64,000 bases of DNA from Fistulifera solaris (Eukaryota). Every line of letters begins with the position of its first letter. Position 1 is the stretch's first letter. The notes under the pieces were generated by a model. It did no database searches. It was given only the letters and a program-made list of their open reading frames with translations, and was not told the origin of the DNA. Location of the stretch: the NCBI GenBank assembly GCA_030295235.1, contig AP026146.1:1-64000 (forward strand), written 5' to 3'. This document shows, piece after piece, positions 51,740 through 62,492 of this stretch. Both the position numbers and the translations under genes were made by a program.

Positions 51740-53071
51740 TTACAGGTGCGAATCAAGGGCTTTTCGGTTTCTTGGCAGTGTGAACAAGGTTACTTGAAGT
51801 TTGGTTGCCCTCGTACACAACAATCTCCCCCCGTGCCTCGGTTCCTTTCCAGCGTCAACACTCGTACTGAAAAATTCAAAATCACGTTTTCCCAGTGATT
51901 CGTAATTCATTTCCACGTCAATTGGCACTTGATTTAGAGCCAATGCTTGTTCAGCTACGTCATCTGAAGGATTAGCTGGTATCGCAGCTATCGCCCTTGA
52001 GAGAGATGATGGTCGGGTAGGGCGGAGATTCGCGAGTCTTGCTGCAACACTTGGTATCTCTGCTGTTTCTCCTATCTTGATGGTATACCAAGCACCCATA
52101 TTCTCGTTGAATGCTGACATCAGTCCGTCGTTTGTCCCAGGTAGGTTGCCATGCACTTCGGATGTAACTAGCTGGTCTGCTGTTTTCTTTTGTGAATCCG
52201 TCCAAGTCTGGTCGAACGTTGAATCTCGGCCGCGGCTTTTGACCTTGCGGCTCATCTCATAAGACGCATCCGACACAAGGGCTTTGGTTAGTGAGCCACC
52301 CGAGCTTACAATGGATCTTTTCGAAAGCTGCTGTACAACAGTTTGCTGCTCCACGAAAGTAGAAATAAAAGAATCCTCGCTGTGTTCCTGCTTTGCTACA
52401 GTGACATCGCGTGCCAGTGTTTGAAAGACAGGCTGGTGGTTCGGTTGCTGAATCATGTCAGCCACAGATAGCTCGTTCAAAGCCATTTGCGGCTCCTGGC
52501 TCGACTCAGTAGAAGGAGTCGTGTCCATTCGATCCGGCATAGAAAGTGTTTTGAGCTGGCCGTGCTCCTGACCTACAAAGTTCAAAGAGTTACTTTCCAT
52601 TTCAATTGCTGCAACAGTATCTGTTTCTTCCCCAGATGTATTGTTCCTTCTAATGATACGGAAGGCTTGAGAATCAATATCATCCATTCTTTTCAGTGTG
52701 ACCGTGCCTTCTTCGATAGTCTCACGATGCGAGAACAGTATCTTCTTGCTGTCACCTTTGAGTTCCTTCATTTTCAGCCTATGCGCAACGACAAGCGGGT
52801 GATCCTCGCTTCTATTGCCGTAGTTGACAAAGAAATCGTCGCGGAACATGGCAGAGTCCGTGATGTCAATCATAATTTCAGTCCCTTCTTCATCAACACA
52901 ACATTCAACAATTTCTCTACCATATGCGGTTCGTTGACGGAGACCAGAAAGAAGGTTTGTGTATTGTGAAATGCGAAGATTGGCATGCCTATCATGCCAG
53001 CTATATATGAGGGACGCGGGAAGTTTCCCCTCAATAATGACGGTCTCTTCGCTCTCGCCAAACTCAGACAT
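51740..53071 (-). CDS. Transposon-borne protein A: putative HSP20/ACD-like N-terminal domain plus long low-complexity tail
   Basis: Long open ORF; KLPASLIYSWHD..RISQYTNLLSG..CCVDEEGTEIMI..SEDHPLVVAH aligns with 54233-54766. Confidence 0.7.
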   Translation of the reverse strand: MSEFGESEETVIIEGKLPASLIYSWHDRHANLRISQYTNLLSGLRQRTAYGREIVECCVDEEGTEIMIDITDSAMFRDDFFVNYGNRSEDHPLVVAHRLKMKELKGDSKKILFSHRETIEEGTVTLKRMDDIDSQAFRIIRRNNTSGEETDTVAAIEMESNSLNFVGQEHGQLKTLSMPDRMDTTPSTESSQEPQMALNELSVADMIQQPNHQPVFQTLARDVTVAKQEHSEDSFISTFVEQQTVVQQLSKRSIVSSGGSLTKALVSDASYEMSRKVKSRGRDSTFDQTWTDSQKKTADQLVTSEVHGNLPGTNDGLMSAFNENMGAWYTIKIGETAEIPSVAARLANLRPTRPSSLSRAIAAIPANPSDDVAEQALALNQVPIDVEMNYESLGKRDFEFFSTSVDAGKEPRHGGRLLCTRATKLQVTLFTLPRNRKALDSHL

Positions 53072-53580
53072 GGTTTTCGTGATATTTGTGTATTTTTGAA
53101 AGTTGGTGAGGCTTCTGAGATTCCGTAAGAATTTGGGCTTGACTGGAGAATCGGATTTGAGCTGTGACAAGAATGATGATGGCGGAAACCGCAACAGGCA
53201 GTGCGCACCAGCGTGTCGTCCTTTTCATCTCATCATCATCACACGAAAAACACACACACTCGAGACGACTCCTCCTCCTCCTCGAGACTGTCCAATCCAT
53301 CACTCAACACCTCAACACTCAACACACACACACACACTCGGTACACTAGAATGAGGGGAAGCGAAACTGGGAATGGAGCTACAGTAGAAACTCAGAGTAT
53401 GCATCTTGATCAGTAATCAGTCGTTAATGTTGACGGATCGAGTATCGAGTATCGAGTATGACAAAGGAAGAAGCTAGTTTAGAAAGATACAGAGAAATTG
53501 ACAGTTCAACGTGTTCCTTGTTCTCTATATACATTTTGTACTGAAATCATAACTTATTACTGAAAACATTACAGAAAAGA

Positions 53581-53838
53581 ATACCATAACATACCAAGAC
53601 ATAACATAACATAACATAACATAACCTAACCTAACATAACATAACAAAACATAACATAACATAACGTGTCTGAAAAATGTACTCGTGAATCGAGTAGAAT
53701 CTACACAAAAGTTGTACCATCTTTTTTTCGAGTAGTAAAAACATAACTGAACCTAACTAAACATAACAAAACATAACATAACATAACATAACATAACAAA
53801 TCATAACATAACATAACATAACGTAACAAAAAACATAA
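53581..53838. repeat. (ACATA)n pentamer microsatellite in two blocks, with CCTAA variants
   Basis: Blocks at ~53581-53665 and ~53740-53838. Confidence 0.93.
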
Positions 53839-54102
53839 AATTCCTTTGGCTCATTAGTACAGTGTACTGGGCTTGTTTAATCTATAACTATAGAACAATG
53901 AAGCGTACCAAGTGAAGTTTGATATTCATCATTATTATTTTACAGAAGACACACACACTTCGCAAGTTCTGGGCTTTTTTCGCTCCTTTGACAAAAGACC
54001 GAGCACGAGCAGTGCGCCCGCAGCAAGCACTCACTATGCAAATCGCTGCGATTCGTTGACCTTGGCCAAGCTCATTTCAATTGCATCTTGCATCTTGTTG
54101 AC

Positions 54103-54766
54103 AATGTCCTCTTGAAAAAATCCATAATGGCTGGTATGTAGCGTTCCTGTTTGATCGGCTTCAACAATTTCTTGCTAACTGATCCGTTTTCTTTGATGCT
54201 TCGACCCAGACTACGACGATAACGACGAACGTGTGAGAACCATTGAAGTCCCTGTCAAACTCCCAGGCTCACTCCTTTACAAATGGGAAGACCTGGAGTA
54301 CAAGCGATTGTCACAGCAGACAGTTCTGCTCTCTGGTGTTGACCAAGCGGATGTCCATTGCTCCATTAACGAGTCTCGGACCGAAACTGAGATTCGGATG
54401 AAGGGGGACAATTCGTACATGATGATGCCTGCAGAATTCTGGCGTGCTGTGTCACGCAACAACGGGGCTGCTTACTCGGAAACACACCCAAAGGTTGTCG
54501 CCCATATGAAGGCTATCAAAGACCTCAAGACGACATCAATGGCAAATTCTATTGTTTATGTTCACAAGCAGAAACTACCAATGGCGGTACTACCTAACTT
54601 TTGTTCGATTGCGGAGGAGTATCCGAGTGGATCTCGCATTGCTTTTATGGGAGCGCGGAACTGTCCTGAGATTACAGCAGGTTTGGAAATGCAAGGAGAA
54701 TACGACGGTTTCTATTCTCCTTTAGCTCAGGGTGCCAAACGCAATATTCGCATGCCTCAAACTTGA
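54103..54766 (+). CDS. Transposon-borne protein B: stand-alone putative HSP20/ACD-like domain; probable short first exon and intron ~54132-54208
   Basis: KLPGSLLYKWED..RLSQQTVLLSGVDQADVHCSINE..TEIRMKG..SETHPKVVAH..HKQKLPMAV; GTATGT..CAG intron candidate. Confidence 0.68.
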
Positions 54767-55003
54767 TGATAAAGCAATCTAGCATCAAATACATTACGAT
54801 ATACTATAATAGTTGTAGAAATATATACTAGACAAAGCCAATCAGCTTTTATCCTCGTAAGCGTTTAAGCTGTGGCGTGATTCGTATCAGTCTTGTAATG
54901 AGAGCCATCTTCGGCTGGCCAATAGGAACCGTCTTTGTCTTCTTTCCGTCATCCTTCTCCTTTTCATCTGTCTCATTCACAGTCTCAACCGGAACTCCTT
55001 TCA

Positions 55004-56255
55004 TCAGATGGTCAACAAAGTCGCGTAGGTTCTTCGTGCGGTCGGTCTCGCAACGTAAGACTTGCGTTTCTTGGGGTCTCGGTCAATGTCCATTTCATCG
55101 CCTTCATCATCATCTTCCGAGCGTGGAACATTTGCCGCAGCACCAGTGGCCGTTCCATCATTTGTAGCTACTACTGGTTCGTCATCATAACAAGTATCCC
55201 ATGCGACAGAAACGTTGTGGCTTTTGAATCCCTTTGCAAGGGCTTCCTTCATCTCCATGACAACGTATTGCTCTTGACTACCGTCTACTCCAATTTTGAG
55301 CATGACCAGCTGCTCGACCGTCGGGATATCAGGATTCCACTGAAGTTCGACTTCAAAAGGCAATTGGATGCGGCACTTTTTGATGATGCGCTTGCGAGGG
55401 TTGTTGTTCTTGAGAAGACGGACTGCAGTGTGGTGTCCGACAACTTTCACGTGCTCTGTACCGAATTTGGCGCGACCCCAGAATTTGTCGTAGAATTTGA
55501 TAGGATCATGGATAGTATCGTCAGTCACATCAATAGCGATTGTGGCTGTGAGGGAATTTTCAATGTACGCGGTGACGTAGCTCTTCAAACCACTTCCTGG
55601 AGCTGGAGTGCGCAGAAGCCTGCAGGAAGGCGTCGCGATAACTGTCAGATTCTGCGCCTGGTTTGAACCCATCCATCCGATCACAAGGTTCGGCAGCACG
55701 ATTTCTTCCGAGTCTGGCTTCTTGATGTCTTTCTTTGGTGTTGCTTTCTTCTCAGCATCACCTTCCGGATCCAAGTTCATGCCTGTAAAAAATGGAAATT
55801 TGTCAGATAGAAGAAAAAAATCTAGAAGCAGAAGAACGCTTACCACCGAATTCATTGTCTAGATCACCCAAACCGGCATCGCCGTTATCATCATCGTCGT
55901 CGTCGTCACCACCACCTTCGTTTCCCGCATTTCCCCCATTTCCCGCTGCTCCGGCCTTTGCAAGAATTTCTGGGTCGACTTCGTTGGTGTCCAAGATTTT
56001 GAGCCACTCTTTTTTCTTCCCATTCCAATTCTTCCGAATCTTATCAAGATTGGCGGTAAAGTTGGCCAATTTGTATTTGAAGAGAGGGCTCATGGCTCTC
56101 ACCTCTGCCGGTCCTTGACCACCAGCAGATTTACTTTCGACTGAAATCATCTTCTTGCTCAGCATGAAGATGAGAGTGTGCCAGCCCTTTGTACCCTCGC
56201 CCCATTTCGGAAGATTCGCATCAACGTCGTCGTCGTTGTCGTTTTTCTTTGGCAT
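55004..56255 (-). CDS. Transposon-borne protein C: N-terminal helical (putative DNA-binding) domain, acidic linker and putative HSP20/ACD-like domain; intron 55783-55843
   Basis: GTAAGC..TACAG intron joins ORFs 55803-56255 and 55004-55855 in frame (EFG-G-MNLD); GTEHVKVVGH and CRIQLPFEV match proteins A/B; may extend to ~54850 through a frameshift. Confidence 0.72.
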
Positions 56256-57705
56256 TGCTGATAAGATCTGTTGTTATTGTCGTTTGAAATGCGCCGCAGA
56301 GTGATTTGTGATTATTTGTGGGAGTTCCCGGCCCTCGTGATAATTGAAGGTTGACGATCAAAGTGCGAGATGGAGAGAGGAAGAGAACGGCAATTCTTCC
56401 ATGAAACTCTCCTACTACTTAAGAGAGTCTCAATGGAGACTGTAATGCTTAGCGTGGAAAAGGACGATGTCGCCAAGACCACCTACTATTCACGATATAG
56501 AAGAAGTCACGAGTGCGAGCCGATCATATGACAGTACCGCGTTCCAAATTGAATTGTTAATTGTTACTGCAATTTCTCTCACAGTCGGCAGTCGGCATTC
56601 GGCATACAGAAATCAATTTGCGGCAGGTGGCACTAGTTGAATGGGCTTATGACGCGGCAGGCTATAAAAATCAAAGCTATTTTTGATCATTGTTACTACA
56701 TAAAAATTTCTTGAATGGTGCGTGGCAGTTGGCAGTGTTACTTCGCAACTTCCTACTTCTGACTCCAGACTCCAGACTCCAGATCGTACAATAATCCTTT
56801 ATTCCTTCAGACTTCACACTTCACACGCCGCACTCGACAGTCAATCACAGGAAGACACAGAAACTGAATGTGCTACAATGTGGATGATAGTGAACAACGA
56901 CGATAAGAACATCGAGATTTTTATTTACCTTTGAGTTTGGACCCTCGACTGCTCGACTCGGCTCAAGGTTTTCCAATCTTGTGTCGTCGGTCCGTATATA
57001 CGTCACAGGCATCGGCAGCGGACTGACGGCCTCATTCGACTCCAGTAACGCTGAAACCGCGCTACCAGGTAAGCGTGAGCTAAGTTCTCAGCCACGAAAA
57101 ACTCAAAATCTCATTTTTCGTATTTTGATCTATTTTTATGTAAAGTAGCAGCAGTTTGTCCATTTTTCGAAATTTTGCAGTTGAATTAAACAATAAATTT
57201 TCATGTTATTTCCATTTTTCATAATTATCATATTTCCCGCAGTCTCCAGACACACTTGACACCCGGTTTCTTCGAATGTGTCACATTTTCCTGGGTGTCC
57301 GAAAGAAGAAACAGGAACCGGTGACGGTTTTTAGTATCTGCTACAATGTGGCATGGCGAAGGTATGGCACTTCAACCGGGTATTATAGACTTATTTGTAT
57401 AGTAGTGGTTAGGCCATGCCCATTCATCGACCGGAAGGGAAAAAAAAGGAAAAAAAACGGACTTTGAGTGCCACATCCACTTTCCCGGTACTCAAAGTCC
57501 ATTTTTTCGGCTCGGCAAACTCGGAGTTTGCCAAGAAAAAAAATGGAGTTGCAAACTCGGAAAAAATCGAGTTGAAAAAACAGAGTTCGTCCGTAGCACC
57601 GTTTTCCGCCTTTCTCCCCAAATTATTGAACGTCGGCATATCAAAATCTGCCATTTCTATAATTACTTTCTCTTTATTCCACTGTCTTTCCTATCAGAAA
57701 ATCTC

Positions 57706-59637
57706 ATGAGTAACTATAATACCCCCTTGTTGCAACGTGTTGCTGAAGGGAACCTGCCTGTTGATCCGGCTAGCACGAGAGCCGATGATTCCGGCTCAGT
57801 TGGTGACGAAGCATCACAAGAATGAGAGCCGAGAGCTCTGATATGGACGAGGCAGTCGCTCGTTTGGCAGACCATGGGAGTATTGATTCCGACGATTCTT
57901 CTGATGAAGGCGTACTCACTCCAGCTGTCCGTTCAAGAGTACGACCAGGAAATCTCAGCAGTGGTAGTGCGAGATTCCGCTTCCAGTCGCCCCATTTGCT
58001 TCCACCCCAGTTCCTCAACATTCTGTCCAATCTATTTTCGAAGAGAATGGTGGCAAATTGGAATTCCTGTGGGTTTTTTCGATTGGTATTTGTGTTGAAG
58101 GGCAGCCATTATTGTCCCTCGATACAGATCCTCTTAAAACTCTTTGTCTTCAACTTGGTAAACGCAACATTACACCGAACACAGCAATGTTGCGCGAATG
58201 AAGTCGTCAGCGCCAAGATCCTCGGAAAGCCTGAAAAGCCCAATCACTGGTCAAAAACGAAGGCGACTAAGTGGTTAGAGGAAAACCCAGTCACCAAGAC
58301 TGAGGACGTTGCTTTTTTGGTATTGCAAGTTGACAAACTGAAGAGATTGGAATGCGGTCAAGATGCGGATCAGAACGAAGCTTTAAAAGGAAAACAGTGG
58401 CGCGACCGTCTTCCATTTCTGCGTTTAATGCATTGCCTGTTGGACAATGAAGTGAAGCGGTTGTATTTGAGCGGTATCGGTGTCTCAGCCGACCTGAATT
58501 GGACGGCAAGGATTCCGATGTTGCACCGCCCTGATTGGAAGGAGTTGTTATCCGCAAAATGGGCAGATCCATCCTTCAACCCATTGACAAAAGCCTCTTC
58601 TGTCCATGTTAGTTTCAAGCATCCTATTGCTCTTGACTATGAGTTGGTCAAAGATTATTCGCACCCCAATCCTGGTGCCTGCGAGGACCGCCCTGCAGGC
58701 CATGAAGGTTGCAATGTACCACATCATGAAGCGCTGGGAGGCAAGTGGTGCTGGTGACTGTGGACTCATGCCAACCACAGACCAAGATCCTGACATGATG
58801 GAGATAAATCCTGACCCAATCGTGGTACTACTTAATAATGACGCAGCATCGAGCGCAAGTAATGTTGCAAGTGAGGAACAATCGGAAACAATGGTGGCAA
58901 TTGCCGAACAACCAGCACAGGAGTCGGAGCTGGTGGTTATCCAGGAAAGTCGGGACATAGCGGAATTGGCAACCGCGACCGCAAGTAACACCGGTGCTAC
59001 TACACGAAAGTGGGGACACGTGTGCAACTATTCACCCACATCGGACAATCGCTACAGTTTCTTGAAGAAGAATGACCCGCCGTATCTGCTCTACTTTTGG
59101 GAGTTGCTGGATGAAAATGGTTTGCTGAGCACAACGCTACAGATGATCTCTTCTCGAGTAGCATCGTCCCATGGTCGAATGGACCTCACACCACTCGATA
59201 GCCTGACTGCTTCCCGCGCATCAAAATCTTCTTCCGCTCGGAAGTCATGGTCAGCGATTGCTTTGAAAAATTGATCAGTGTCATCCAGACTACTGAAGAA
59301 GAAAAGTGGGTCCAGAAACGACAGCTGATCGCCCAGGAAAGGGAAGAGAAAAAAGCAGCGCTATGATCAAGAAAAGAAAAGATCGGGAGGAGGCTGACCG
59401 AGTGCAGTTCGAACGGGAAAAGCTTCTCCAGGAAAGAAGTGCTGATCTCAACCGAAAGGCACTTTTCGATGACAAAATCATTGTTCTGGAAAAAAAATCC
59501 ATCATTTGGAACGGAAATTGGAAAAGACTCCTAACGAAGAGAAAGATGCAATCCAAGATGAGATATTGGATGTGCGAGATGAACTTGCAATATTGGAGGA
59601 CAAGGTTGAATCATTGGAGAAGAAACTCAATGGGTAA
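57706..59637 (+). CDS. Harbinger second ORF (putative DNA-binding partner with coiled-coil tail), frameshifted
   Basis: Chained ORFs 57822-58757, 58606-59274 and 59306-59686 inside the TIRs, convergent with the transposase. Confidence 0.7.
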
Positions 59638-59665
59638 AGTGCACTTATCTCGAAAGCCTAAGTTA

Positions 59666-61045
59666 CTAGTTCGTGTTAATTTGTAATATCACTTCTTCTA
59701 CTTTTAATGTCTTCGGCGGTTGTGGAATTGGTCTTCGTTCTCCCGTGATAAGTACATGCCTTAACATAGCCTCACGAGGCAACTCTCCTTCCTGGCGTTG
59801 ATTGATTCTTTCAGCACTCCTTCTTGAACGTAGATCATCGGAAGTGGTGACCACCACCAACAATGATGTTGGTAACGATTCACGAGTGCCTGTAACGGCT
59901 TCTGTCATCTGGACCGATCCTTGCTGATTGAAACGAATGTGAATCTCGTCCGCATCATCCGGGGGCAACCTCATCTTTCTCATCAATGCAAAAGTTATGC
60001 AGTTTAGCCAAAGCAATTACCAAACGAATGGTCTTCCCGATACTAACACCCCTTGGCATTGCGCTACGCAAAATCCCCCAGCGTTGGACAAGAATACCGA
60101 AGCAACACTCGACCACCAATTCGGGAGCTGTGAATGGAAAAAATTGTACCAATCCTCTGGACCCCCTGACACGTTCGGGATAGGGAGTAGCAAGGAAGCG
60201 TGTTGACGTCGCGTTGTCTCCAAAAATGCAGAGACCTTCCGCTAGGTAATTTGGGTCTTCGTCACACTTACTCCACAGATGGCTTGCTTCGAAAGCCAAT
60301 AAGTCAGATGTAGACCCGGGATACACGATCGATATATCTAAGATCTTGCCATAAACGTTGCTAACGGCCTGGCAGTTCAGACCAAACTTGTGCTTTCGAT
60401 AGCAAAAAAAACTTACCGGCGTCAACATCTGCTGCGTTTGCGTCTTTTTCAAAAGGACGATGAGTCCAGATAAGAATTCCATCTACTGCTCCAGCACATC
60501 CCGAAAAGCCCACGTTGGATTTTTTCTGAAATTCGGCTGCAATCTGAAGCTGCTTCTCATGATCGTCAGGATAACTAATCTCCATGACTGGGCAAGCATT
60601 GATGGCTTCGACAACATACCAAACGCTGTACATGCAGTCCGTAAAACCAACTCCATACAATGGAGACAAATCATACATAGAGCCTCCCGCAAAGTAGCGA
60701 AGCTATGGCAAGTCGCACCTGAGTATCAATTTTCCCATTTGGAGGCAGCGGTACGAATGTACTTGTGATACTGGACCCAACCTTTCCCCTCTTCCGGTTG
60801 ATAGAAAATTCAATGTGAGGCTTCAATTGATTGTAAAGCTTAACAAATGACACAAATGTCATTCTATAAGCGCGGCGAAAATAGTAATCACCGAGCTGAT
60901 GATAAACATCCTCAACTGAGCGTCGAGTCCTGCTTATGGTTTGTTTCCCAAACCGACTTCCTCTCCTTTGCTTCTGTAATGTCGCCACATGCATCAAAAG
61001 TAGCATGCCTACACAGGCATAATGATTTGTTGGTGACGATACCAT
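59666..61045 (-). CDS. HARBI1-like Harbinger DDE transposase, frameshifted
   Basis: FRRAYRM...SF..L, GCAGAVDGILIW, RKHKFGLNCQAV, YPGSTSDLLAF, IFGDN, VECCFGILVQRWGIL, KLHNFCID. Confidence 0.93.
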
Positions 61046-61597
61046 CCTTTCTGATATTGATACCTGGTAAACTGAAATGTCGGCTTCACAAGTTGTTGGC
61101 AAATTGTGAAGCGCTCTATTGTGTTTCCGTACGACTCTGCTAAAATGAATCACTAATCAATTTTTTTACCTCATTTTTTTTTCTATTTTGGAAATGATGA
61201 ATGGACATGGGTGAGGACTCCGGTGGTTGAGGACCTCTACCGGTAGTCACAACGGCACCCAAAGTCCATTTTTTTTTCCTTTTTTTTTTCCTTTCGGATC
61301 GATGAATGGCCAAGGCCTTACAGTGTTTAGGACAATGAAAAGGTGGAAATTGCGAGCACGAAACGTGAAGGCGTAATAAGTGTGCGGCCGATGGTCACCA
61401 GTCGCCATCAAAGCTATGTTTCGCTTTATTCATTGCATTCAAAACAAGAGCTCGTTGCTTTTTCTCATTCTTTTTGTGTCTTCTTCTATTGTTGAAATCA
61501 AATACACATAGCAATAAAAGGAAGAGACGCTCCGGATCATCGCATCATTCTCTCGCGTCTTCTTTACACTATTGTCATCATCTTTGTAGGTAGCATT

Positions 61598-61981
61598 ATG
61601 ACAACGTCCTCCATTCTCAATACTCCTTCGGTACCTCATCGTCGAATTGCTGCTGTGAAAGCCCTATTGGACCCACCGGCACGTCCACCCCGTCGCACGT
61701 GTTCTGTTCAGACACTGTCCGCCTTGGCGACTTCTTGCCCCGCGGATTTTCCTTTGACCTTGACGACGCCCTCTTGTAGTAGCCCTCGAGACATCTTTCG
61801 TCTCGAACCACGATTGTTGGCAGCAACATCTTCCTTCTGTGACCAAAGAGTCTCCTCTTCGTCTACAGCAGTAAGTGCACGACTTCCCCGGATACGAGAT
61901 TTATTTGAGGAGGAAGACAAAGAGGACCTTCCTCCGTGCAAACGTCTCAAGATGCGTCCTTCTACGACCTTGCGTTGGTAA
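61598..61981 (+). CDS. Small hypothetical protein
   Basis: 127-aa ATG ORF, Ser/Pro-rich, ending PPCKRLKMRP; no recognised domain. Confidence 0.4.
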   Translation: MTTSSILNTPSVPHRRIAAVKALLDPPARPPRRTCSVQTLSALATSCPADFPLTLTTPSCSSPRDIFRLEPRLLAATSSFCDQRVSSSSTAVSARLPRIRDLFEEEDKEDLPPCKRLKMRPSTTLRW

Positions 61982-62492
61982 AGCCAAGCCTTCTTGAATT
62001 GCAATCATAACGCGCACTATTTGGATTCTACGCTAGAATCTGCTATCTCATACTATACTGCTTCGAGAAGAAGGAATCATCATTGGGAGGATCGACGTCA
62101 ACGAAACACTTTGTGACTGATTTCTTCCCCCCTCGGACTGTTTGTCTATTTCTCTACATGTCTATACCTATGTTCTTACTGTAATAACTGCTAGTTACAT
62201 TTCTATTATAAATGCCTTTCAATAGTTTTATACGGAGTACGTTTTTATCGATTCTTGCTGTTTCAGTGACAAAACAGAATGAACGGACAAGAGCATCAAG
62301 CATCATCGGCATGGTCCCAGTACTAGCCGAATTCATTCCCGAGTAATAGAAAATAAGCCTCAAACGACAAAGATAATCATATTTTCTTTCATTAGTTGTT
62401 ATTTTGATCCCACTTTCATTCACCTCTATCGCTGCATCGCTACATCCTGCTCTCCATTCGTTCCATCGCCGCTCTTTTTCTTCCAACTTCTT

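Larger units (their letters stand above)
50136..57249. mobile_element. 7.1-kb TIR DNA transposon (PIF/Harbinger-related DDE) carrying three extra genes
   Basis: Imperfect ~170-bp TIRs: CTGGAGACTGCGGGAAATATGATAA.TATGAAAA.TGGAAATAAC at 50136 and its reverse complement ending at 57249; similarity continues to the GATTTTGA.TTTTTC.TGG.TG.GAACT block. Confidence 0.9.
57412..61317. mobile_element. Complete PIF/Harbinger transposon, ~3.9 kb
   Basis: ~62-bp imperfect TIRs GGCC.TG.CCATTCATCGA.C.GAA.GGAAAA..GGACTTTG.GTGCC; TTA TSD at 57409-57411 and 61318-61320; two convergent ORFs. Confidence 0.95.

Noticed and set aside
53620..53640. Interstitial telomere (CCTAA units)
   Set aside because: Only two pentamer variants within an ACATA microsatellite; the telomere unit here is the hexamer CCCTAA
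54935..55666. 243-aa plus-strand ORF
   Set aside because: Antisense shadow of protein C, which has the splice signals and paralog support
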